Notes under the pieces: model-generated | Database searches by the model: none | What the model was told of the DNA's origin: nothing | What the model saw: only the letters and a program-made list of their open reading frames with translations | NCBI RefSeq assembly: GCF_009914755.1 | Contig: NC_060927.1 | Source: the human T2T-CHM13v2.0 reference genome, Homo sapiens | Length of the DNA: 64,000 bases | Strand: one strand, 5' to 3' | Program-made: the position numbers and the translations under genes | Shown here: in pieces, positions 1 through 11,137 of the stretch | Layout of the letters: the number at the start of each line of letters is the position of its first letter | Numbering within the stretch: the first letter of the stretch is position 1

Positions 1-173
1 GAAAGCAGTGAAATAAAAGATCAGATATCTGCCATTTAACACAAGCATTAGGTACTCTATGCACTTTTTAAAGCATTGGTTGAGTAGAAATGTATTTGAT
101 TGTTTTTCCTCAAAAGAATACCTTCTTTAACAGGAGAGACTGCCCATGGCCAAAGGTCTTTGTCACTCTACTC

Positions 174-389
174 CAAGGTTTCTCCATCTTGGTACTACGG
201 CCATGTGGGGCTGGATGATTCTTTGCTGTGGGGGCTGCCCTGTGCATGGTAGGATGTTTAGCAGCATGCCAAGCCACTGCCCACTAGATGCCAGCAGCAC
301 TGCCCCTCTCCCAGTCATGCAATCAAAAATGTCTCAGGACATGGCCAAATATCCCTGGGAGATAAAATTGCTCCACTTGACAACCACTG
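174..389 (-). mobile_element. MER20 (hAT-Charlie MITE), near full length
   Basis: Reverse complement of the MER20 consensus from CAAGGTTTCTC through GGATGTTTAGCAGCAT and CCACTAGATGCCAG to TTGACAACCACTG. Degenerate 8-bp TSD ctctactc/gcctagtc. Confidence 0.9.
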
Positions 390-765
390 GCCTAGTCAAT
401 TGTTACTGTACACAATTGGTTGACTGTGCTGTTTTAAGCAGTGATATGTTGGTAGATATGTACAGTATATGCATACATGCATCTACCAACCTATATAAGA
501 TATGAACACTTTTGGAGAAATAAAGATTAATTTCTAAGCTGCTTTCATATTATTTCAGAAACAGTTGCATAGATTGAAAAGTCCTGTGGAAATAGGTAGG
601 TACAACCTCAGTAATAAAAATAATGAAAATGTACAACTTTTCTGACATAAAAACAGAAATGCTACAATCCTGAGATAGCGAGACACCTAAGACACTTGCT
701 GAGTTAAGTGAAAAGGTGAAATCTAGTTTAAATTTATAGCATTCCTTCAGTGTCCCTCTAGGAGT

Positions 766-780
766 TTGGCATTTTGCCAA
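766..780. promoter_or_regulatory. Perfect NFI palindromic site
   Basis: TTGGC-ATTTT-GCCAA matches TTGGC(N5)GCCAA exactly, in repeat-free DNA. Occupancy unknown. Confidence 0.55.
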
Positions 781-943
781 GCTTCCTTGTTAAAAATTTG
801 TTAAACGTGTTTGGCATTAATGCAAACACAAAGTGGTCATTTGTTACAAATTCTATTGGAATGCATTCATTTAAGGCAATGAAGTAGTTACTAGAAAAGA
901 AAAAAAAAGTTCATTAAGTACATTTTAAAAATACAATGATGTA

Positions 944-975
944 TGCAGTGTGTAACTGTGGCGCCCTGGTGGCTA
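944..975 (+). promoter_or_regulatory. Candidate CTCF site with upstream module
   Basis: TGCAGTGTGT + 5-nt spacer + TGGCGCCCTGGTGGCTA. The core is imperfect, but the TGCAG upstream module sits at canonical spacing. Confidence 0.45.
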
Positions 976-1953
976 TATAAATCGCTGACAGAATAACCAC
1001 ACGTTGTGTTTAGTTTGAAATTAGAATCTTTTAAACACAACCGATAGAACAAAAACTGGTTTTGTTTGTTGTCAAAACTAATGATAGTCTTTCTTTTCTG
1101 AACTAGTTAAAATAACCAAAGGTTTGGAATACAATTTCTAACATCTCAAATCAGTGTAACATACAGGTTAAAAGAATGCTTTGGGAATCTTTGCGGGTGC
1201 CACTACTGACATCAGAGATGGGGGCTGATCCAACAAACAGAACACCTGCACTCTGGAAAGAGGGGGATGTCCGAGTCATCCTGGAGAACCCCACTTGGGT
1301 AGCGCCGGTACCTCTGCTCTCTGAGCTGCCTGAGGTTATTAGGTTACCTGCAGAGGGAAAACTGTGGCTTTCATCACAGAGACAATGGTATCCTATGAAC
1401 AAATATCCTAAGCCTGTGTCTAGAACTCCCACTCCCTGTCCTGCCCTAAACTGTTCACACAAAGGAATTATTGCTGAGTAATAGTGATTCCTGAGCTTGC
1501 TGAAGAAACAGTTCTGAAGCTCAGCTCCATGAGAAAGGGGATACTTGACATCATCTGAAATGTAGCCCTGCCACATGGCTGGCTATGGATGTTAATGTGG
1601 AATACCTCATCCCAGGGCCCATTGATGCTGGCTAAAAATCATTGTTAAAGGTGAATGAAAAAACTCACCATTTCCAAGAAGTATTCAGAAATGATTTACT
1701 ACTTTCTTCTTCCCTTTCTCTCTCACACGCTGACATATTTAATACTTAGTACCATGAAAGTGTCCAGATAATAGAATTCCAGTGGTCCTGAGACCCTGGG
1801 ACCAGATCAAATTCCCATGGCTCCCAAACTTCCTTATATTGATCTCTTCTGCCATCTGGGTTTGATATTATCTAGGCTGCCCTTGAAGCAGATGGATCCA
1901 GGATCTCTTGATCCCAATCTCTGGAAACATTCTCCTAGTTAAGGGTAAATTTA

Positions 1954-2276
1954 GGCTGGACATCATGGTTCATGCCTGTAATCCCAGAGCTTTGGGAGAC
2001 TGAGGTGGGTGGATTGCTTGCCCAGGAGTTTGAAACCAGCCTGGGAAACATGACGAAACCAGCCTGGGAAACACGACAAAACCTCATCTTTACAAGAAAT
2101 ACAAAAAATTACCCAGGTGTGGTGGCAGGTGCCTGTAGTCCCAGCTACTTGGTAGGCTAAGGTGGGAGGATTGATTGAGCCCAGGAGGTCAAGGCTGCAG
2201 TGAGCCATGATTATGCCACTGCACCCCAGCCTGGGTGATAGAGTGAGACCCAGTCTCCAAAAAAAAAAGGAAAAAA
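1954..2276 (+). mobile_element. AluJ with internal 23-bp tandem duplication
   Basis: Alu dimer with J-type right arm (GGAGGTCAAGGCTGCAGTGAGCCATGAT) and A tail. TSD aagggtaaatttag / aaggataaaattag. Confidence 0.95.
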
Positions 2277-2360
2277 AAGGATAAAATTAGACAAAACCTT
2301 GCACCCTGTATGTGGCCTGGAAAAGTTTACCGTACCCTTCACAAATGCCAAACAGGCTCA

Positions 2361-2678
<318 letters not shown>

Positions 2679-5659
2679 TTATCTCCAGAAGCAACAAGAA
2701 CACATGATAGGAAAGGGAGAAACACACCTTGAATACTGTGGAACACATCTTGGTTTTGTGTGGCCTAAAGTTCGTACCATTTTAGAGGCCTTCTTTCAGA
2801 AAAAGAATACATAAATAATTGACTATTTCAAGCTTGATAAAAAGATACGGCCTTGTGAACATTTCACTGGGGCACCTCCCAGGGCCTTGGAAAAGTCAGC
2901 TTACCTGAGGTGCTCCAAACGTAAGCTCCATTATCTTCATGATAATAAGCCCTGTTATCTTATTTTTGAGATGGCATTTTCAAATTCCAATGAAAATAAA
3001 GTAAAACACTGTTAAAAAGCCCTTTACTGAAAAGAACTTGGTTTTAAGATGAGCCTGCCATAGCATATACAAGTCACAGGAAGACATCTCCCTAAACTGG
3101 ATCTTAAGAAAGCTGTCATGTTCGGGAAAGAGATGCCCCCTCCTAGAAAAGGAGCCAGAGAGAGGCATTCTGGAGAATTTGAAACATGAAGGAACAATTT
3201 GATATCTCAAGTTTACTGACCAGAAGTGGCTCCAATGACAAGTGTTTACAACAGGATCTTCATAGAGCCAATAATGGCAATTAGTCTCCAGGATTTGAAG
3301 GCGCCCTTCCCGCCTCACTGAGGTGGAATGCCATTTACTCTTGGGCTGGTGACTAATTAGGGGTCTCGTTTGAAGATCAAGGTTTTGCGATTCCTGCTTC
3401 TTAATAACATGGTTTGCCTGTCGGCCACCTGGGTCCAGGCGAGACCTCCCTTTCCCCCTCCCCACACAGCAAGCACTGCCTTAGGCCAGAGCAAGTGTGG
3501 GCAGGAAACCACAGATCCAGCCTTTTGAGCAATTTAACCTCTTCACCGCCAAGATCCTACAAGCCAGTGCTTGATTCAGCTGTGCAAAAATGGAGGCATT
3601 TGACCTTGTTTCTCAGGCAGGGCTGAAGGCTTGCCTGTGGTGCAAAGAAACCACCTTGGAGGTGAAATGCTATGCAGCATACTTTCTTGGAGAAGAAGAG
3701 AGAGAGAAAGACTCCACTTTTCCAGGTGAGTAGCTCATCAAGAGGCTGTCTGCATTTGCTTCAGGCTGGGCCATTTCCAGAACGCCTAATAGAAGTGACT
3801 GGCAAAAGAAGGGGGTAGGCAGAGCCCTGATGTAACTGCTCATGAGACCAAAGAGGCTGAGGTGCCTGCGTCTTCAGACATGTTGCCAGGACCCCGTGGC
3901 CTTGCTATGTGAGGCTGGGCTGGGGCTACACTTTCTAAGACATGGTGGGGGAGAAGCCAAAACAGCAGGAAAAGTAAGCTGCAAAGAATTAAGCTTGTAA
4001 CAACTTGGGCAAAGCACAAACAGTGACTGAGGTTGCTCCTTTGGCTGTTGACACACGCTGGCCTGGGTCGGTTGTGGTCACTAAACCCATTAGCGTTCCA
4101 ATGTGGCAACAGCTAATGCAGCAAGTTCAATGTGTTTTTGTTTAATTTCTAAATGCTGGGTGTATGCCTGCAAGGATGGCCTGCTGAAGACAGACAACTC
4201 CACTGCCATAAACACAGTCATCATTGTCAGTGATCTGAAATTCATTTTTTAAACTATTTATTTCTTGGCAGATAGGGGCTAAATGGAGTTTTGCATTTCA
4301 TGAACTGTTTTTTAACTTCAACTTGCTACACACTTCTTTGTGTTTTCTAAGCAACCACCAATTCAGAGTTTCCCCGCAACAAAAGGAAATAGTCTTCTCT
4401 GGGGGGAGGGGACCATTTTTGGTAGGGGAGAAGGGAAAAGGGAAACATAAACACAAACCAGCAACCAGCTGGGTGAAGTCAGGCCTTTTAACGATATGCT
4501 GCCTCTCTGGGCCCTAATCCTCACCTGCAAACAAAGGAACAGGAAGAATGCTACCTCGTTTTGGTCTGCAGAGTTGAAAGTGAAGTGGGTTCTTAAATGA
4601 GATACAAAGGCAGATTCAGTCTGGATTTTATATTGTCTTCAATCTTTGTTTATGAAAACTACAGGAATCCTTCCTTCCTTTCTCCTTTCCTTCCCACCCT
4701 CCCTTGCCCAACAGACCACCTTAAAGGGAAACAATAACATTCCCCTCCAAAGAATGAGGAGTTTGAGAAAAGCAAGCAGAGGTTATTTCAGTGGGAATCT
4801 GAGGCCAGTCACATTTGCACAGTGCCAAAAAGCAGACATACTCTCTGGTTTGAACTTATATTTAAATCCCATGCCAAAGCCTGCCCTTGTAGGTCTGCAT
4901 GAAGCACAAGGGCCCAGGGCTGAAACCCTTGGTCTCCCATCTCCAGCTCCCACTCAGGGATATAAGTGAACTCTGTAAATGTCTCCACGTGTAACTGGGA
5001 GAGCTGTAACAATGGGCCTCCAAGATGGGCCCATTCTCCCATCTGTTATGGGGCTTCCAGCTATCATACATGTTTCCAACTTAGATGTAGACGTACCCTG
5101 AGAGGGAATTTCTGTGCTGCTTTTGTCCCTGGTCACTTTGAAGATTAAAGAGAGGAAAATGTGTTTTCATAATATGTGAACTGGCTGGAAGTTTCCCTAT
5201 TAAATCCCAAAGTCCTGGCAGGCAGGGTTCAGGCTTAACTCCTCTAAGACTGGGTTGGCATCCAGGACTGAAGGCTAGGAAATGCCTTTGGGCAGACCTG
5301 GGCCAGAGACCAAGGGACTGGGGCATGACAAAGTGGTCACCTGAGGCATAATGCCAGTGGGTTCCGGGGGCACCCTTGAAGCCACTGCCAAAGCCCAATG
5401 CAGCAGGACTGCAGAGTCCCCTGGAAGACCCATGGATATACCAGTGGCCTCAGCTTTGCTACGGAGAACTTGCTTGGGAGCTAGTCCCTTGAGTGATATT
5501 GCAAAACTCTACAGAGATGTATGAAATTCCTGATCCGGGGTGCCAATCCATGAACAGAGATTCCTACTGCTGGAGGAGGCACATGGCTGGGTCTTCCTTC
5601 AGAGCTTTTGCATAGGTGTTCCCTCTCACTTGGGCACTTTCCCCATCATCCTTTATCTG

Positions 5660-5955
5660 GCTACCTTCTGCTTATCCTTGGATGTCAGCTTCAATACCAC
5701 TTCTTCAGGGGAGCCTTCCTGACTTCCCTTCCTGGTCCAATCCTCTTGCCAAACACCGTCTTGACAATTTCTCCCCCCTCTCCCCATATGCACTCCTGCT
5801 TCTGGGCAACTTGGCATCAGACATTTGTGTTAGGATCTGATTAATGCCTGACTGCATCCTAGGCTGCGTTCATGAGGACAGGCTATGTGTGTCTTGCTCA
5901 CTGAAGTGTTTCTTGTGTTCCTGCCACACAGTGGGCATGCAATAAATATTGAAGT
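5660..5955 (+). mobile_element. L2 3' end remnant
   Basis: GGGAGCCTTCCTGAC ... CCTGCCACACAGTGGGCATGCAATAAATATTG, typical of the L2 tail. Confidence 0.65.
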
Positions 5956-6049
5956 AGGTGAAGAAGAGAGCTAACTAAGTTCATTGATGGTAACACACAT
6001 TTATCAAATGCTGACTGTGTGCCAGGAATAGCCCCAAATGCTTCTGCAG

Positions 6050-6104
6050 CAGTGATTTTCAACCTCAGCACTACTGACATTTTGGACTAGATAATTTGTT
6101 GCTG
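6050..6104 (-). mobile_element. MER20 terminal fragment
   Basis: CAGTGATTTTCAACCTCAGCACTACTGACATTTTGGACTAGATAATT matches one MER20 end. Confidence 0.75.
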
Positions 6105-6195
6105 CCATAAGCACTAAAAGTGAGAGCCGGAGACAGGGCCTAACAGGAGCTTCGTATGTGTAGACTACCTATTACTCCTTCCCCTTTCCATTTTG

Positions 6196-6365
6196 CTGAC
6201 TTCAGGTAAGTCACTTAACCTCTCTGAGCCTCAGTTTTCTCATCTCCAAAGTGAAGATAGTAACTCTAACCTCTCCAGGTGGTTGAGAACATAAAACAAA
6301 ATGAACTCTGCCTATAAAGTCCCTTACTAATGGCTGGCATATAACAGGAGTGCAATGAGAAGTAG
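6196..6365 (+). mobile_element. MIR
   Basis: AAGTCACTTAACCTCTCTGAGCCTCAGTTTTCTCATCT core. Confidence 0.8.
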
Positions 6366-7442
6366 TCCTTATTATCTCCCCCTCTATACTCGCCCATACA
6401 GCAGAGAGCTGGGCAATAGGACCAGCTTGTTCCTGAGTGCAGAAATAACCACAGTGGGGTGTTCATGCCCAGGTTATGTATGGGCTTGGTCATCTTCATG
6501 AAAAGATGTGTGCACAGTAAAGAGAGAACACATCACTGGGGCCAGGAAGGAACAGTGGTAGAAGGAACCCCAAGCTTCCCCAAAACTGCAAATTCCCTGC
6601 CTCCAACCTGGGGCACCTCTGGCAGCCAGCCACGTTGGCAGCCTCGTACTTTCTCTTGGGCTCTTCCTGTTGGCATAGCCCACCCTGTTTTACAAAGCTC
6701 CAGTGGTTTTTTTTTTTTTTTTTTTTTCATGGCTCCAGCTGTTAGATAAACTTTCAAGGATATTTCTGTGGCAGGTACAAACCTGGACAGGAAGACTTGG
6801 GAAGAAATCCTAAATTAATTATATGTCAACATTTAAGCCACAAGAAGGAGCAGTTGTCATAAATTTTTGGAAGGTTAAAATCCAATTTTAGTTGTAAATG
6901 TGAGCAAGCTCACTGACTCACTTGTGAACGGGTGCCAACAAAATGATATATTTTACATTCTTTCACAGCTTGTTTTGGCTAAACACAATGAAAAAAGAGA
7001 GAGAGAGAGGAATTACAGTTTTTATTCTTCAGTGGGCTGAGGTGTTCAATCATGCACAAAAGCTACATGTGCCAAAGCAGAAGAAATTAGCTGAGTTTAT
7101 CCATATTTTTGGGTGCCTTCCACCTTTATAGAGAAAGGAAATGGAGCTGAAAACTCAAAAGACGGCCACAGGTACCGCAGTTGGTCATCGTTAGTGCTGA
7201 TGGCCCAAGGCTGGACATTCCTGATGACAAATCAAGACTCCTCCAGGAACTACCCTCATGGTTTATCCTCAGTCCTGACCAAACCCTGGCACACTAACAA
7301 TTTCTAAAGCATCATTTCTCTGAGTATTGGCTTGGGTTGAATGCAATGGTAGGGTGTCAAGAGCAGGAAGGCAGAAGAATTTCCTTTAATTTTCACAAAA
7401 TTAGGAAGGTGGCTGGGATACAGTTATAATTTTTGCCTATTT

Positions 7443-7990
7443 TCTCATTCATTCATGCATTCATTCAGTTCTTCAATTCAACAAGCAATCATTTTTGCCA
7501 GCCATGGGCCAGGACTGGGGATTTGAGGGGGAGTAGGACATAAACCCTAATCTGGGAGACTTGCAGCCAGGTCAGGGGCACAGATGGGTAAGAAGACAAC
7601 TGAAATACAATGTGATGTGTGAGTTCATGGGGGCCCAGGATGCCCCGAGACACCTCATATGGTGTCAGAGAGGGCCAGCAAACAATCCTCATAGAAGATG
7701 ACTTCCAGGTTGAGATGTGAGGGGTGGTGAGTAGGAGCTACCGAGTGGAAGAGGGAAGAGAGGAACCATCTGAGCAGAAAGCAGCATGTGGTAAGGCCTG
7801 AAATAGAGCCAGGCCAAAGCTGACCCAGTGAACCTCAAGCACCAAGGACACAACATGGAATGGGAAGGGGGGAGTAGCAGAGTCAGGGCAGAGATGCAAG
7901 CAAGGCCAGGCCACGTGGGACTTTATGGCTACATTAAGGAGACTAGATGCTGCCTTCAGGCAGTGGGACACCATGGAAGGGGAGTGACCT
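7443..7990 (-). mobile_element. L2 remnant
   Basis: (TTCA)n tail followed by L2 3' sequence in reverse, e.g. GGCCAGGCCACGTGGGACTTTATGGC. Confidence 0.65.
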
Positions 7991-8083
7991 GGCCAGATGT
8001 GTGACTTCAGGGCAAAGTGGAAGCTGGGTGGAGGCAGGTGGGGACTACATAACCTTTCCTTAAGGGAAGAACAATTCCTTGGG

Positions 8084-8548
8084 TGGTGTCAGTTGAACTC
8101 TGTCCCCTAAAAAGATATTTTCAAGTCCTAACCGCTAGTAAATGTGAATGTGACCTTGTTTGGAAATAGGGTCTTTGCAGATATATTTGAATTAAGATAA
8201 GGTTATACTGAATTAGGATAGGCCTTAATCCAATGACTGGTGTTCTTAGAAGAGGAAAAATTGGACACAGAGACACAGAATACATACAGGGAGAAGGCCA
8301 TGGGGTGATGGAAGCAGAGGGTGGAGCAATGCATCTATAAACCAAGGAATGTCAAGGGTACCAGCAACCACCAGAAGCTCGGAAGAGGCAAGGAAGGGTC
8401 TCCCCTAGAGGCTTCGAAGAGGGAATGGCCCTGCCAGCACCTTGATTTTGGACTTCTGGCCTCCAGAACCATGAAAGAATAAATTTCTGTTGTTTTAAGC
8501 CAACCAGTTTGTGGTACTTTGTTACAGAACCCCTAGGAAACTAATACA
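8084..8548 (+). mobile_element. MLT1C solo LTR (ERVL-MaLR)
   Basis: About 465 bp. Contains GAATGTGACCTTGTTTGGAAATAGGGTCTTTGCAGAT and GGACTTCTGGCCTCCAGAAC, and ends AATAAATTTCTGTTGTTTTAAGCC...CTAATACA. Confidence 0.9.
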
Positions 8549-9264
8549 GGAGTCATGGTGGAGTTCTGCTGCACTGCTCCCAATAAAACTGAAACTCCAG
8601 GCAGCCTTGGTGCTGAAACCATGGGGGTCCATTTGGGAGAGGGTCATCTGAGATCCAAGAAGCATCTCCTCTTGCTTCTGTCTCCCTTTGACCTGGTTGA
8701 GCAACTTGTGCTCAAAGGCCCGCGTCGTGGCTCTCCCAAGGGTGGCTGTCCGTGAGAGAGTTAGCACCAAAAGTCAATATTTGTCCACAGGCAACAGTTG
8801 TGTTTGCACTATGAAAGCCCCAACAGGTTTTTTCAGAGATTTCAATTGGCCATGAAGTAACTCTGTCCCAAGGAAACCCCTGAAGATGAGCCAGGAGGGA
8901 CAAAAGTCCCAAACAGTAGGCTCTGGCAGGCAGCATCACAGGAAGCACGAGGGGACTCGTCCCCGGGCCAGGGTCTTCACGGGGCCTTGGTGCACAATCG
9001 CTGTGCTTGTGCTGCTGCTGGGGTTGGACTTCCTCATGCAGCTCAGCCAAAGCCTCCTGGCCCTCCCTTGGTGCTGATCAGCTGTTCCCAGCTGGAAGCA
9101 GCAATGTCATCCTCTTCCCAGGACTCCAGCTGACACAGCTGATGGGTCTGCAGGCCAGCAGGAGCACACGTGTCTCCACATCTCCTTTGGGAGGAAGGGA
9201 TGTCCTGGCCACCCCAGTTCTGGCCTGGATGGGGGCAGGAGAGTCAGGAAGTATCCACATGGCT

Positions 9265-9580
9265 ATTCAGTGCCTAGCACAGTGCCTGGCACTAGGAGGT
9301 TCTTAATAAATGAATCAGTGAATGAATGAAGACCTTGGGCTCTTTAATCCAACTGAATTTGAGTCCAATCGTGGCTTAGCCCATGATTAGCTATGCAACC
9401 TTGAACAAGAAACTGCACTTTTCTGGGCCTCCACTGCCCCATCTGTCAGACGGAGATAGTAAAAATATCTAAAGCATAGAGGTGTTGAGAGAAATAGCAT
9501 AGACCAGACATGTTAGTGCTTAGTGGGGGGCCTCACAGTCTTAAGGGCTCAATAAATATTAGTCAATATGACTATCATTT
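9265..9580 (+). mobile_element. L2 tail followed by MIR
   Basis: GTGCCTAGCACAGTGCCTGGCAC...TGAATGAA, then a MIR core (CTGGGCCTCC...CCCATCTGT) ending GCTCAATAAATATTAG. Confidence 0.65.
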
Positions 9581-10437
9581 TTATTGTGGAGTTGTATGCC
9601 AGTGTAAAAGAAGTGTTCATATTTGCCAGCTCTAGACTTGGGGGAAAAGGATGAGAGAAGAGAACGTAGCGAAATCCTCTTAAGACTCCAGTTCACAAAC
9701 CCTTTGCTATTACCTTGATCTCAACTGACCGTCATGACAACTCTGTGACATAGGGCAAGGGTTGTCATCTCCACTTCTGATAAGAGAATCTGAAGTTCAG
9801 GGCAATTAAGTAACTTAGGCAAACACTTTTCAGTGATAAGTAGCAGAGCAAAACCCCAACCCAGAAGTCTTCCCATGACATCACAACAAAGTACAGAGGC
9901 ATGCCATACCTCCTCCTGGAATGAATGAATGAATGAGAAACTCAATCGCAAAATGATTCTCAGGTATAGGTGGGAAAGAAAATAAGAGCTAAAAACTATA
10001 GGATGGAAGCATCAGAGACTTGGGCACTATTTCATGCGTGGGTTTGGGCAGTCAACTCCCCTTTTCTGATCTCTGTCTCTCAATCTCTTCTAGTTCTCAA
10101 ATCCTAGGAGGAGGCAATAGGGTAGAGTCAGGGTAGAGTCAGAGGCCACTCCTCAGCTGTGATTTAATGTCCTGAGCCTCAGTTTCCTTACCTGTCCAAT
10201 AAAGATAGTAACACCCCACAGGCTTCCTTGGAGGATCAGGGGTAATATGTACATGAAAGGGCTTCATAAGCAGCACTGATATTAAAAAGGATGAAGCAAA
10301 ATATGATGGCAGATTGGAAAAAAGAACCTGAAGGAAATGGCCCAAGATAAAAATGCATTAATATTAACCAACAGGTTCCTTTAGAACAACAAAGCAATGA
10401 AACAATAATTTTAGAGAAACAAAACCCTGCCTAGGAA

Positions 10438-10457
10438 CAGCCTGCCAGAGGGAGCGG
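10438..10457 (+). promoter_or_regulatory. Candidate CTCF core
   Basis: CTGCCAGAGGGAGC resembles CCACCAGAGGGCGC. Confidence 0.35.
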
Positions 10458-10954
10458 AAATGAAGGCACAACCAAGTGGCCCTTGGCTTACCTATCTGGA
10501 AAATAACAAGATGAAAAAGATTCTTTGTAAACTAATATTTGTAAAAGCCCCACTGGGCTTTCTGCCTGCACAGACTGCCTATTATCTTGGCAAAGGATGA
10601 AAACAAGTGAATTCTTATTTAAAATGAGTATGAAGCAAATTCAGGTAAATGTTATCGGCATCATCATGAGCTGCCATTCGCTGAATACCTACTATGTGCT
10701 GGGCACTGAGCCAGGGACTGTGCATAGATACTTTATTTGACAAAAAAAAAAATTTTAGCACTCTCACAAGGCAGGCATAATATTCAATCATTCATATATT
10801 CATAAATGTTCATGTTTCTTTGTTCAACAGATATTTCTTGAGCATCCATTGTGTGCAGGTATGGTACTGTCTGGTACAGACACAAGGATAAACAAGGTCT
10901 AGTCCTTTTCTGTAAGACAAGTCATTTCTGACTTGTTGAGATTATTCTTTATTT

Positions 10955-11137
10955 AAGAATTCCTTGTGGGGTCTGCTCTATGAATTACAGGATGTTTAGC
11001 AACATCCCTGGCCTCCACCCACTCAGATGCCAGTAGTACCCTAGTTTGATAACGAAAAATGTCTCCAGACCTTGCCAAATGTCCCTGGGGGTGGGGAGGG
11101 ATATGGGGATGGGGTTGCTCCCGGTTGAGAACTGCTG
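10955..11137 (-). mobile_element. MER20 (one end missing)
   Basis: GGATGTTTAGCAACATCCCTGGCCTCCACCCACT ... AAAAATGTCTCCAGACCTTGCCAAATGTCCC ... GGTTGAGAACTGCTG. Confidence 0.88.
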
